A stretch of DNA of 63,249 bases, filler included, from Folioceros fuciformis (lineage: Eukaryota), in assembly GCA_049999805.1 (NCBI GenBank). It is 26 parts of 26 records of this genome, joined end to end, with 100 filler letters (N's around TTAATTAATTAA, not from the genome) between each part and the next. Parts side by side here need not be neighbours in the genome. Positions count along the whole stretch, not along the records: positions 48,693 to 51,776 come from JBNGIO010000823.1; positions 51,877 to 52,969 come from JBNGIO010000824.1; positions 53,070 to 54,539 come from JBNGIO010000825.1; positions 54,640 to 55,646 come from JBNGIO010000826.1; positions 55,747 to 61,287 come from JBNGIO010000827.1; positions 61,388 to 63,249 come from JBNGIO010000828.1; 20 more parts are not named here. The stretch is one strand, 5' to 3'. The notes under the pieces are model-generated. The model ran no database searches and was not told the DNA's origin. It saw only the letters and a program-made list of their open reading frames with translations. Positions 48,820-61,993 of the stretch are shown in pieces. The position numbers and the translations under genes are program-made. The stretch's first letter is position 1; each line of letters starts with the position of its first letter.

Positions 48820-51570
48820 GCCATGAGCGATTTCGTTCCGAAGAGGTTGCAGACTGTCCTGTGTGCGATGTCCAGCGGGAGTGAGGGAGAAGACTCACCT
48901 AGAGGGATCGCAAGACATCTGCGATCGAGAACCCGACAAGAAGAAGAATTCACCCTGCATGCTCCAAGGCGGGAGGAAGAACCTGGAAGGCGACGCCGGA
49001 GGATGGCGGGCGACTCGGATCTGCAGGAATCTCGGGCGGACATTCTCCCGGCGATTGAAGACAAGGAGCTGGAGGCGGGAGTGGATGCGGGTGCCGTTGA
49101 ATACGCCAATGAACCTGTGGCCAGGAGGCGAGGCCGCCCGAGGAAGCGGGGCGCCCACGCGGGATCCCGACCTGCACCCATTCACGATCCAGGCAGGTCA
49201 GCCCCCGGACAGGGAGAACCGACACCGGGCGACCTTCTACAAAGGTTGGAAGACAGAACGGAGAGCGTAGAACGCACCTGTGCTGAACTGTACACTGCCC
49301 TGTCTCGGCAAGACTCGAAACTGGAGAAGGTTGAAACCTCTCTGACTCAAGTTGAGTCGCAAGTGGGGGAGGGACAAGCCCGTCTGGAAAGACAACTCAA
49401 TGGGGTGCTCCAGTCGTAGGAACAGTCCCCGCTTCCCACGTCTAGTCCCCCAACGCCTCCACCCGGCTCCACTCGTCGGTTGGAGACGACCGTTGAAGGC
49501 ACTGCAAGCAAAAGGGAGATTGGAGAAACGAGGGAGTTTCCCCGGGGCCTTCCCAAGACAGGGAGTTGAGCGCCGAGTAGGAAGAGAAGAGGAGGCTCTA
49601 AATCAAACTCACACCTGCAGAGAAGGAGGACAAGGACATCAAGACGATGGTCAAGAGGTTACGGCTGATGCGGTATGAACACTGGGAGCGACAAAGAGGT
49701 AAAGCAGGAGGAGGAGCACCTGAAGAACATGAGTACTTGTTCAAGCCCAAACCACAACTAGACCGAGAGCCCCAACGGAAGATCAAAGACCACCACTTTC
49801 GACGGCCAAGCCAAGGAAGCCTAAAGCGTTACGACTGGCTGGATAAGATGGACAAGTACCTCGTAGCCAGTGAGAAGGATGACCTTCAGAAGATTCAGTT
49901 TTGTGTGATGTCCTTGGATGGATATGCATATCGCTAGTGGGAACAGCGGGAGAAACACGGGGACCTCGAAATGGAGTCCCCGATGTACTCATGGCCCCTA
50001 TTCTGCCAAATTTTCCTGGAACAGTTCCTTCCCGTCAACCACAGGAAGGAGCCGTATCATCAATTTAGGAAAATTTATCAACAAGGCAGTGTGCAGGAGT
50101 ATTGCGACAAGTTCCTCCAACTCACCCTGGATATGCCGAGGCTAGACGAAGAGCAAAAGGTGGAAAAGTTCATTGACGGACTTCGGTTTGAGCTACGCGT
50201 AGAAGTCAACCAGACAAATCCTGGAACTCTGGCAGAGGCGATCTGAGCTGCCATGAACTATGGCCTGAACAAGTACAAGCACTTGGGCACACCCACGGGT
50301 CAGAGACCGAAGTTTGGGAGGACAGCCAATGTGGTGAACAAAAAGCCCGTGTTCAAGATCCTGACAGAAGAGGAGAAGAAGGAATACAGTGACAAAAAAA
50401 TGTGTTTTACTTGTACAGGTATTGACCATGGTTCTCAAAATTGCCCACACCGTAAGGAGTTCTTTGCTTGGTTGAAGGAGACAGGCAACACCACCAAGAG
50501 TGGCCCCATTTGTAGCAACCCCTACCCCCGCAGCAGCCATTCGGTCACCCTCAAGGAAGTTGAAGAAGAGCCCTCATCAGGTGCCCCGAAAGCCTGCAAT
50601 GGTTGCTATTTGTTAAATGCTTGTAACCTGCACCATGTCCCCCTGAAGTTCAGGATGCAGTTGGAGGGCGTCACGGTCACAGCCCTACTGGACAGTGGGG
50701 CTAGCCACCACTATATCTCTGAAGCTGCGGATCATAGAGCAAATCTACACATCCAGGACTTTGGTCAACTATCCACAGTGGTGACATCCTTAGGGAAGAA
50801 GGATACTAGCTCAGAGAAGTGGGTAGAAGCTCACCTTACTTTCCCAGGGGGGTACATTGAGGAGCTGAAGCTGATTGTGATGCCTAGCCTAGTCCACGAT
50901 GTGATTGTAGGAAAGCCTTGGTTAGGTGCCCATTCTCAGCACCTCAGGATCGACTGGCTGAACAATGTAGTAAGTTTGCAAGTAGGCCACCAGCAATACA
51001 AGTTAGTAGGAGAAACCTACATCCCCGACAAACACTTGTTCGCTATCTCAGCATTACATAAAGCAATTGCCCATGGCAGCTTCTTGTACATAGCCAAGCT
51101 GAAAAAGGTCTCCCCATTGGAAGGCACAGCAAAAACTCGAGCAGAGAAGCAGGCTCAAGAGGAAGAAGCCCTTCCTAAGGAAATGAAGTCATTGTTGACA
51201 TAATTCAACGAGTTGTTTGCTGACCCTGCAGAGCTTCCTCATAGGAGACCAGTGGACCATAGCATCGCCCTTGTAGCAAGCTCAAAACTTGTAAGCATTC
51301 CACCATACCGAACGTCAGTCATGGAGAATGCAGAGATAAAAAAACAAGTTGACACCTTCTTGGCTCAAGGCTTTGTGCGTCCATCTGTCTCACCTTATGG
51401 AGCCCCGGTGCTGCTAGTGGCCAAGCCAGATGGTGGCTGGAGGCTCTGTATAGATTACAGAGGCCTAAACAGGGCCACAGTGAAGAACATGTACCAAATG
51501 CCTAGAATCGATGAGATTCTAGACCAGCTACATGGTTTACCAAGATTGACCTACGTTCTAGCTTCTACCA
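48820..51570 (+). mobile_element. Ty3/gypsy (chromovirus-like) gag, protease and RT start, degenerate
   Basis: [68 protein letters not shown]. Confidence 0.92.
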
Positions 51571-51776
51571 TGTGAACCTCCAAAGTTTGGGGTAGTGGTT
51601 TGTTTTGGTTGAAAAAGGGTTAATAGTGGTATGGTTTGGTTTTCTTTTTCAACTTATTTTCCCTAATTTTCCTTGATTTTCTGGTCATTTTTCCTATTTT
51701 TCTTTGTGCTAATTGGGTTAATTGACCAAGAAATAGTGGGTTTGGTTATAAGAGTGGGTATAGGTTTGGTCCCAGA
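51571..51776 (+). mobile_element. LTR family B inserted in the gypsy RT
   Basis: Near-identical to 7074-7280. Confidence 0.88.
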
Positions 51777-51876
51777 NNNNNNNNNNNNNNNNNNNNNNNN
51801 NNNNNNNNNNNNNNNNNNNNTTAATTAATTAANNNNNNNNNNNNNNNNNNNNNNNNNNNNNNNNNNNNNNNNNNNN

Positions 51877-52790
51877 TGAAAGTCTGTTGGTAGAGGCACT
51901 ATCTCCAGGGCCTCACGGTCGTCATCATGTGGCCCAAGATACCTTCGCCTTGCTAATGCTGCTAGTTCCTTGTGATGAGCGAGTATACGTTGGTGTAGGT
52001 GGAGGTTGCGATTCTGTTGAGCTAGATCTATGGTATCCATGTCAACAACCCAATCCCCACCCTCGCATCTACTCTTGTAGATATCCCGTTTAGCCTCCAT
52101 CGCCCCTACGTTCAACTGTAGGTCAAGGTTTTCTTGATGAGTTGCATGAAGCTTGGTCATGCACCCCGTAATGTAGGCATAGTCAGCACGAAACCTACGA
52201 GCTCGAACCACCAGCATCTTGTGGATCTTGGTTTGATGCTCAGCTTCTTATTGTGCTTTCTCCTGCTGAAGGTCTTCTAATTGGATGGTCAATTGTTCCC
52301 TCTCCACTCGCTCTCGTTGCCTTGCTTCAAGTCGTTGCTGGAGTTTTAGCATTCTGTGCCTCCAACTCATCTAGCTTGCCTTGTATATCCTTTGCAACGT
52401 AGACTTGTTCCCGTAGCTGTTCCTCCACCACCTTCCTAGTTTCCTCAGACTGGGCGAGGTCCCTTCGACATGCAATGATCTCATGGGATAAACCTTGTTG
52501 GGAAGTTTGCAACGTGGTCACCTGCTGGGTCAACTTCTCCAGTCCTTGCCTTTGCTCACCATCCTTGAGGAGATAATGTTCTCGCTCCTTTTCCAATTCT
52601 TGCACTTTGGATTCTAGTCGTGCCTGGTTTGCATCCCGACTTATGTCCTCCTGTAGTAGGGTTGCAATCAATGCACGGGCCTCTCCCCAATTGATGTGTT
52701 GTAGCTGTTGGCCACACTGAATGATGTTGCTCCACACTCCCAACGAAGTATCGTTACCTTGGCTTGTGGCGTGTGCTCCTCGGGCAGGGA
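51877..52790 (-). pseudogene. Degenerate long coiled-coil ORF, probably transposon-associated
   Basis: Heptad-like E/Q/L-rich translation (RLESKVQELEKERE..LEKLTQQVTTLQ) broken by stops. It adjoins a gag-like plus-strand piece at about 52800-52969. Confidence 0.45.
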
Positions 52791-53206
52791 TGCACAATGA
52801 GATGGAAGTTTGTTTTAAGTATATTTGCAATTTGGATGAGGATATTAAGGAAGATGTGTTTAGAGAATTGACAGCATTGTATGGTAAAACATACACACTG
52901 GACTAGGTATTCCCAATTGCAAAAAAGCATGAGCAGGCAAGAGCATTGCTAAAGGCTATGGGAAGAAAGNNNNNNNNNNNNNNNNNNNNNNNNNNNNNNN
53001 NNNNNNNNNNNNNTTAATTAATTAANNNNNNNNNNNNNNNNNNNNNNNNNNNNNNNNNNNNNNNNNNNNACCCTCCATCCACAGCAGCAAGGAACCCCAT
53101 CGCTCCTTCGTGGGAATGAAACCCAATGTCTCGACGACAGTGGGATAAGTGTGGCCACTAAAGATGGGACCCGTCGGCAATCAGTGCCCGAGGTTTTGCC
53201 TCCACA

Positions 53207-54323
53207 CTCCTACAGAGGGGACATGTACCTGGCCTGATATATCCGCGTGTATTAATTCAAGTACTTGTGTTGCTCGGAAGGTAGCCAAGGATGGGAAGGG
53301 CTGCTGTTTCTGTTTGGCAACAATGCACGCCTCACAAGATGGAAGATCCTTGAAGCAACGAGGTAGGGGCTTAAGATGACATTGCTGAAGAGACATGTCA
53401 ACAAGTTTGTGCTTGTTGACGTGTCCTAGCCGTGCATGCCACAGAACAGCCAGTTTTTGTGTATCCTTGGAAACCAGATTAGCCTGATGACGTATGGGAA
53501 ATATGTCCAACCTATATAAGTCGTTATCTGGTATGCCTTTGAACAAAAGGATCTGGTCGGCATCCTTCTTATGGAAAGAACATGTGTCATCCACAACACG
53601 AAGTTCGTCACGCTTGAGTTGCATCAGCTTGCTCAGTGATAGTAAATTTTTGGCCATAGTGGGTACGTACAGCACATCATCAAGAGTTAGGACAGAACCA
53701 TCATGTAATGTGAACTTACAGGTTCCATGTCCTTTGATCTGTAGGCTAGTCTTGTTTTGTTCATCACCAAGTAGCACCTTGTCAGCAGAATTGCTAAGGC
53801 CTAATGTGAAGAACTGATCTTTCTTTGTGCATATGTGAGAGGTGGCCCCGGAATCAAGATACCAGCTGCCCTCCTCATACCATGCACTGGCAAGACAAAT
53901 CGTAAAGATCTTCACCACAGGGTTGGTGTCACCTGATTTTGTCTCTTTGATGGCAATTGTTGCAGTGCCTTTTTGAGTACGCTGAGGTTCTCCTGACTTC
54001 TTTTTCTTGCACTCTCTTGCCCAGTGACTAGCGATGCCGCACCAATTGCAGTTTCCCGGCCTCTTGGGAGATGAAGAAGATGAAGGGTCAGGTCTACCTC
54101 CAACCTTGCTTTTGGCTTTCCCTCTGTTGGGTTTAAAACCTGTCGCCAATGCCTTTTTTGCCTTGCTACTTGGGACTCTAGCAGAAAGCATGCGGGCCTA
54201 CTCTTCTTGATACAAGGCCCCAATCACGTCTTCAACAGTGATTGTGCTTGTAGAAGAACCAGCAGCACCAGATGGTTTGATAGGCCCCTTTTGGGTTGTC
54301 ACAAAAGCTTGATATGAGGGAGG
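53207..54323 (-). mobile_element. Ty1/copia gag zinc knuckle, protease and pre-integrase
   Basis: CNWCGIASHWAREC, WYLDSGATSHIC, LWHARLGH and LELIHADI. Confidence 0.93.
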
Positions 54324-54539
54324 TGTAGGGTTATTAAAGCCCAATGTGCCTAGACTAATGTGTTTAGTCTAAGATTAGTGTCTAGTTAAGTATCATTAGT
54401 TGAGATTAGCTTAAGCTAATCTCTAGGAAGCTTCTTGTGCAGCTTCCTGTGGGCTTCTTGTGAAGCTTCCTAGGGAGCTCTTCTAGAGGGTTTAAATACC
54501 CCCTTGAGCTCCCTTGTATGTGGGACTCTATTGTGAGAG
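54324..54539 (+). mobile_element. LTR family A inserted in copia gag, cut by the gap
   Basis: Starts TGTAGGGTTATTAAAGCCCAATG. Confidence 0.9.
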
Positions 54540-54639
54540 NNNNNNNNNNNNNNNNNNNNNNNNNNNNNNNNNNNNNNNNNNNNTTAATTAATTAANNNNN
54601 NNNNNNNNNNNNNNNNNNNNNNNNNNNNNNNNNNNNNNN

Positions 54640-55602
54640 TGTCATCTACATAGATAGCCAGGGCCAAGAAATCCTTTCCTTTGCCTGTTGTGATGTACAC
54701 ATTAGTGTTAGCATGCAGTGGCATGTAGCCATGTGAGACTAGGAAATTATGAATGCGTGCAAACCATGCACGTGGACTCTGCTTGAGTCCATACAAGGTT
54801 TTCTTGAGTTTGCAGACATACAGATGTCTGTCATCTTGTGCTACAAGTCCAGCTGGAGGCTCCATGTATATTTCTTCATTCAGCTGACCATACAAGAAGG
54901 CCGTAGTCACATCCAGCTGTTCTAATTCATAGTCATGGACTGCGGACAAGGCCAAGAAAAGCCTGAGTGTACTCATCTTCACCACCGGACTAAATGTGTC
55001 CGTGTAGTCTACTCCAGCAACTTGTGAGTAGCCTTTAGCTACTACTCTTCCCTTGTACCTTTCTATACTTCCATCATATTTGAGTTTAACCTTGAAAACC
55101 CATTTGCTGCCCATAGCTTTTCTGCCAGGTGGCAGCTGAGTAAGCTGCCATGTTTCATTCTCCTTAAGTGAATTCAACTCCGATGCTATGGCTTTCCTCC
55201 AATGATCTGCATCTGGACAAGAGAGAGCTTCCTCATATGTTTGAGGCTCAAAGTGCTCTACTGACGCTGCCAAACAGTAAGTCAAGTTTGACTTTGAGTG
55301 ATCTCCCTTTTTCGGATGCCTCCAATCATGGACCTTGTAGAGGTTAATCTTCCCTACAGTGGATCTTACAAGTTTGTCCCTTGGTGGAACAGGAAGACTC
55401 ACGTTCTTTTTCTTCTTGCGCTGCAGAATTCCAGGGTTGGACATATTTTGATAGCTTGGGGGTGTAGCAAACATGTCTCCTGATGAGACGACTCCTTCCA
55501 TATCAAAGTCGCCAAAAATTATGGGCTCATCCTCACTCTCGGATGGCCTGACTGGTGTATGCATGCTCGGCATGGCAGGTACTTGCTGTGGAAGTGGCAC
55601 TA
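54640..55602 (-). mobile_element. Ty1/copia reverse transcriptase fragment
   Basis: RYKGRVVAKGYSQ, EQLDVTTAFLYG, LYGLKQSPRAW and IYVDD. Confidence 0.95.
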
Positions 55603-55746
55603 TGTCAATAGGATCGACTCCAGTCTACGTGCAAGTGTAGGAGAGGNNNNNNNNNNNNNNNNNNNNNNNNNNNNNNNNNNNNNNNNNNNNTTAATTAATT
55701 AANNNNNNNNNNNNNNNNNNNNNNNNNNNNNNNNNNNNNNNNNNNN

Positions 55747-56213
55747 CCACAACCCCTGCCTCTAGCCCTAGCTAGGGCATGGCCTCCATGACCATTCAGG
55801 CTAGCAAGGCAATCAGCCAACCTGACGTCAGACTCTAACACACCCCACATATTCCCGTTCCTATGTTCAAACCATTATTTTTTTTGTTTAAATTATTCTA
55901 TTATTATTTAATCATTAATATTATATATCTCTAATTAATAATAAACCAATAATCAAACCTAAACTCAAACTTTCCCAACCCTATGGTCCGGTACCGGACC
56001 TAAACTTTCCCAGGTCTGGGACCAAACCTATACCCACTCTAATAACCAAACCAACTATTTACTAGTCAATTAACCTAATTAGCACAAAGAAAAATAGGAA
56101 AAATGACCAAAAAATAAATGAAAATTAGGGAAAATAAATAGAAAAAGAAAACCAAACCACTATTAACACTTTCTCAATCAAAACAACCTACTACCCCAAA
56201 CTTTGGAGGTTCA
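55747..56213 (-). mobile_element. LTR family B, partial
   Basis: Reverse complement of about 7076-7530. Confidence 0.85.
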
Positions 56214-57865
56214 TCCTCATCCAACTTTAAGTTCAAACAGTGGCGTAAGAGTACTTTATTCCTCTAGAGGACGAGGCCGTTTCAGAGGACGAGGATGAGG
56301 TCGTGGCTTCCCGGCACAACCTCAACGGTTCAAAACCAATATCACCAAGAAAACTTTTGTGTGTAACTGAAGTAAGATTCCTGGACACTATGAACGTGAT
56401 TGCCGCAAGAAGAAACAAGGAGAGCCTCGACGCAACAGTTCTCCAGTAGAAAGCAATCTCACTATGAGCAAGGCTAAGCAGCCAACCATTCTGGCAATTT
56501 GTTTGTCTACCTTTAAAACCCAGCCTACCTCCTGGTTTTTAGATTTTGGTGCCACCATTCATATTTGTTTTGATAAGATTGCTTTCTCTAGTTTCATTCC
56601 AGCCAATGATTCTAAACAATTTGTCTTACTTGGTGATGATAGTGGACTTTCCATCAAGGGAACTGGTTGAGTAACTGTGCTCCTACCAAACTCTGCTCAA
56701 CTTGTCCTTACTGATGTTCTTTATGTACCTTCAATGACCAAAAACTTAATGCGTGTTATGAAGCTTACACAAGACCACAAGTGTCAAGTGTGCTTTGATC
56801 AACAAAGCTGTACTGTTTCAAGGTCAGGTCAGAACCTCTTCAAAGGAAATTCTTTCCATGACCTTTATTTGCTAGATATTTCTACTCTTTCTATAAACAG
56901 ATCCTATGCACATGTTTCCGGTACACCTTTCACCAAACTATGGCATTGTCGTTTAGGTCATGTCAATTTCCAACGATTAGCCACTCTTGTCAAAGGGGAG
57001 ACATACAGAGAACCCCTTGATTTTACTTTTGATCCATCTTCTTTTTGTGAGGCCTGTCAACTCAACAAGGCACATAGTTTGCCATTTAAAACAAGGATCT
57101 TAGCCGAGCTGATGGACTGCTTCATACTATACACAGTGATATCTATGGTCCTATGTCCACCAATTCGTTTGGTGGTGGTCTTTATTTCATCACGTTTATT
57201 GATTAGTGGAGAAGATACTGTGTGGTGTACATTTTACGACACAAGAGTGAAGCATTTGACTATTTCAAGTCATATGTTAGATTTGCACAGTGACAGACCA
57301 CTTGTAAGGTTTGAATCCTTAGGACAGATAATGGTGGTGAGTATACAAGCAATGCTTTCAACTCCTTTTGTGAACAAGAAGGGATTTTGCATTAGCTTAT
57401 TGTTCCATATACACCTCAGCAAAATGCCCTCTCTGAGAGGAAAAACAGAACATTGCAAGACGCTACTTTAGCATCACTTACCTTTGCTGGACTTACACGT
57501 GGTTATTGGGCTGAGGCCTTGATGGTAGCTAATTATGTACATAATCGTCTTCCCACCAAGGAGCTTGGCAAGGTCACCCCTTTTGAACGCTGGACTGGGA
57601 AGAAACCTCTAGTACAACATCTTCAAATTTTTGGAGCTCCAGCCTATGCTTTTATACCTCTGTCTCAGGGTACAAAATTGAACCCAAGAGCATCTCGATA
57701 TATTTTTGTTGGCTATTTTGATGAGGTGAAGGTTCATAAGTTGTTTGATCCTGTCACTTGTCAACTCACTCTTTCACGAAGTGTTGTTTTCAATGAGGCA
57801 GCCCTCCTTCGCCGTCATTTGGAAACACTCCAGTCATAAGCTGATCCTCACCCAGCTACCATTCA
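56214..57865 (+). mobile_element. Ty1/copia gag end, protease and integrase remnant (close relative of 43629-44906)
   Basis: WFLDFGATIHIC, LWHCRLGH and AGLTRGYWAEAL. Confidence 0.92.
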
Positions 57866-60800
57866 TGTTAAGGTGGAATAGTTTTCTTTTAAACTAACTC
57901 GGTGGGTTAGTCTAACTTAACTAGGGTTAGACCAGGCCAAGTATATAAAGATACACACAAATACCTTTTTATTATTCAATATACAATTTTTGATATAAGC
58001 TTCTGCTTTTCCAAACATGGTATCAGAGCCATGGATTTTTCTTTTTCTGAAATTGCTCTTGATAATGAGAGAATAGATCTACTGTTTAGGTGGTCTTTAG
58101 ATCCTTGGTTCTAGAAACTTCTTTTATGAAAATTTGTAATGGCAAGAGGTAGAGGTCTCCGGCCTCTAGTGTTTGTCTTTCAGCCTTCTCCTAATCTGAG
58201 TACACGAGTGAAGCAGGCTGCTAGAAAACCTGGAGTCTGGGGTGATACTCTGTCCTCCACAGTAGATTACGTTAGATTTGCTCAAAAGGGGTTTAAGCAA
58301 TCTTTCTCTTGTAATCAAAATCCTACGAGGAGGTCAACGAGAAAGTTATGCTACAAACCTATGTGCTCACAATCCTTGCGAACTGGAATTCTGTCAACAG
58401 ATTTCGGCTGTGATCCATGAATCCCTAGTCCCTATCCATGATTTGAGGCAGGTTGTGAGCAGGATTGTGGAGCTTCTTCTTCAATTCAATGGAGAGGTGT
58501 GCAGTAGACTCACAGTGATTGAAGATCTTCTGGAACAGAATTCTGTGGCAATTTCAGCACTATCTTCTCGGCAAGGACAGGTTCACAGTGATTTCTCTGT
58601 TCGTGATCAAGTGGCTGCGATGTATCTGCCTTCGATGAAGCCATCTCGCTCTGGGCGAGATGCCCCTCTTCTGTGAAGAATATTGAGATCTGGAGGGACG
58701 CGCGTCGTGGCGGGAATAACTAATTTTGTGATTCGCCTCTGGACGCTGCCCCTGCTAGGTGTGGTTTGCAGAATCGGATCGGTGTGTGGGTGATTGGCTT
58801 TGGGAATTCTACTACCACATGTTCATGTTGCGCTTCAGCCTCGAGTCCATCGCGATGAGGCGCTGTAACTTGTCGTTTCGATACTTTACTTTTTAAGTTG
58901 GCGTTTCGTCCCTTGTGTTTAAGTTGTCGATTCGGCCTCCGTTCGTTTCGTTTTTAAGTTCCTTTTTTATAAAACAACTTAAGTTGAGGTTTTGTTTAAG
59001 AAAAGGAATTTCGAATAGTTTTCTATAAGTCTAGTTTTGAGAGGTAGCTTACCTTTTGCTAGATTGTGCATGTCTGCCTCTTCTTCAAGTAGTGAGTCTG
59101 ACTTTGTAGTTGAGTATGATCCTACGGACATATATGCCTCCACTGATTTAGAAGCTGAAGAACAAGTCAGATTACATGCACAAGTCACACAATCACTTTT
59201 GAGCTAGCACACTTGAGAGCTAGTTTTGTTCTCCCTTCTCCACGTGTACACTCAATACCTCCTATTTCTCCTATCATGGCAACTCTAGGAACTACATATT
59301 CTGGAGAGTTTAAAGAAAAGGACTAGTTTGATGCAAAAGCTTCCCATTTTGAGTGCTGGCGTGGCCGGATGCAAGCCTTCTTGGATGCCAGAGATGTGTG
59401 GGAGTATGTCGACGCTTCTCTTCCCAAACCTGATCTTTCAAATCTAGGTGTCACGCAAGGCATGGTGGATAAGTGGAGAAAGGGAAATAAAATAGCTTTT
59501 GCTATTCTGCTCTCAGGCTTAGATGAAACAACTGTTATTGAGGTAGAGTCCTTACCTACAACTGCCGATGTTTGGAAGCAGCTCAAGGATACATATCAAG
59601 TGCAGAACATTCTCACCCTTATGCATGCGAGAAATGAGTTCTATGGCCTGAAGTTGCGTCATGGAGATCCAGTGGGACCACATATTGTGAAGTTCCGCCA
59701 TCTACGTTCCCAATTAGCAGCTCTTGGATGCACTATGACCGAAGTGGATGTAGTTGCTCAATTGCTTTCTAGCTTACCAGCTTCTTATCAGAACTTCGTG
59801 TCAAGATAAAATACCTCCATTCGAGCATCTTATCAAGTTGTGAGTGCTGGTAAACCTTCCCTTATAACATTGAATGACTTGATTGGGGCTCTCCTGCAAG
59901 AGGAACAGAGCCACCAGAAGTCATGGCCTTCATCTCGCCTCCGGGTAGAGAAGGTGCTTTACGTTTCGAAAGGAAAGGGACTAGGGCACAACAATAAGAA
60001 TAAGAAAGGGAGGAGTTCATCCAGCCAATCTTCTGCTCCTCCTGTTAAGCGCCAGGGCGCCTGCAATTGGCATCAAATCCATGGGCATTGGGAGCGTGAT
60101 TGCAGGAAGAAAAAAGCAGGTGAGCCTAAGAAGGAGGCTTGCCCTTTGGCTCATGTTAGTACCAAGGGAGCACCTTCTGGACAACAGCAACATAAAAGCA
60201 GCAGTGCTATGTTGACTGTGTGTCTCATCTCAAGCAAGGAGAATTCATCTATGCGGTTTGTGGATTCTGGATCTACTTCACATATTTGCAATAACAGGAA
60301 GCTATTTTCTAAGTTCAGCTATCAATCACCTTTTCATACTGTCTATGCTGGTGATTCTAGAGGACTTGAAGTGGAGGATAGTGGTCAGGCTAGCATACCT
60401 TTGCTAGATGGCATTAGTTTGCAACTCTTTGATGTGTTGTATGTACCTACCATGAGTAAGAATTTGCTTTCTGTTAGAGCAGTCACTTCTACTGGTGACT
60501 TTGGCTTTAGCTTTGAACATGGGCATTGTTACATATATAGAATACACTTGCCATGGGAATACGTTGCTGAAGCTACCTTAGTTGATGATTTGTATCAGCT
60601 AGATCCTTCTCCTACTACCTCTCTTAGTGCCCAAGCTCTAGTGGCATCTTCTTCTCTTCAAGCTAGTTTGTGGCATGCGCGTTTAGGTCATGTCAATAAG
60701 GCTAAGCTTAATCTCATGTCTCACTCAAGCTGCTATCGTGAGAAGCTGCCTCCTTGCTTCAAGCACCTTGCTTCCTGCAGTGCGTGTATTTTGTCTAAGC

Positions 60801-61287
60801 AAAAGGAGCTTCCTTTCCAAAATCAAATGGCAACTCGGGCCAAAACAATCTTGGAGCTGATACATGCAGATTTGGCGGGGAAATTTCCAGTGAAGTCACT
60901 TGGTGGGTCTGAGTATTACCTCTCTCTAATAGATGATTATTCACGTTATACATGGACTTTTCCGCTGCAACTGAAGAGTGATGTTTTTGAGCATATTTCC
61001 TCTTGGATTACTATGGTTCAAAGACAAACAGGGCATTTGGTTAAGTGCTTTTGCATGGATAATGGTGGAGAATTTACTGGACATAGGTTTGATGACCTCT
61101 TTCAACATTATGGGATTATTCGCCAACTTTCTGTTGCATATACTCAACAACAAAATGGAGTTGCGGAGAGGAAGAATCAAACCTTGATGGGGATGACTAG
61201 AAGTATGTTGGCTTGGGCAAGACTTCCCAAATCCTTTTGGGCTGAGGCAGTAGTTGCAGCTACCTATATTCTGAATAGGATTGTCAC
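57866..61287 (+). mobile_element. Nested Ty1/copia: 152-bp LTR (57866-58017), PBS (58018-58029), extra ORF (58139-58676), gag (from about 59276), protease, integrase
   Basis: TGTT...AACA then TGGTATCAGAGC. Motifs LDARDVWEYV, VDSGSTSHIC, LELIHADL, DNGGEF and QNGVAERKN. Confidence 0.93.
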
Positions 61288-61392
61288 NNNNNNNNNNNNN
61301 NNNNNNNNNNNNNNNNNNNNNNNNNNNNNNNTTAATTAATTAANNNNNNNNNNNNNNNNNNNNNNNNNNNNNNNNNNNNNNNNNNNNGAATG

Positions 61393-61607
61393 CGTGAGTT
61401 AATCGTTTCTAGGACACGTGAGTTAATCGTTTTCGGAATGCGTGAGTTAATCGTTTCTGGGACACGTGAGTTAATCGTTTCCGGGAAGTGTGAGTTAATC
61501 GTTTCTGGGACGCGTGAGTTAATCATTTTCGGGACGCGTGAGTTAATCGATTCTGGGGCACGTGAGTTAATCGTTTTCGGGATGCGTGAGTTAATGGTTC
61601 TGGGACA
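61393..61607. repeat. 24-bp minisatellite (CGTGAGTTAATCGTTTCTGGGACA), 9 visible copies
   Basis: Head-to-tail units with no spacers, truncated by the gap on the left. Confidence 0.93.
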
Positions 61608-61993
61608 AAATATTTGACAGGCATCATAAACTATATTATGTTAATCGTTTCTGAAACGAAATGTTTGACGTGCATCATAAATTATATAACGTAACAGCAG
61701 TTCTTACATATTTTTATCTATGACCATTTATTTTTACTGAACCCTACCCTTGCGACCTTTCCCCCCTCCCCTACCCTTGGGAGCTTTTGAGAACTGTACG
61801 GGAAACCCTGCAGCCTTCATGCAGCTCAAGCTCTTTCTCAAATGCTTCTGTATCGGATGCGTCTGCAGGCTTGGCATTCTAGGTTAGCGAATTTGGTATT
61901 ACCTCGTCTGGCTGCTGGCCCGGGGCCAGCAAGGGTTGTATGTTGTAATAGGTAAGCTGCCCTCTCTGGGCCGAGGTTTCAAGTGAGTGTGTT

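Noticed and set aside
61393-61607. CRISPR array or RELIVSGT repeat protein
   Set aside because: The units are head-to-tail with no unique spacers, there are no cas genes, and the context is eukaryotic. The ORF stays open only because the unit length is a multiple of three.
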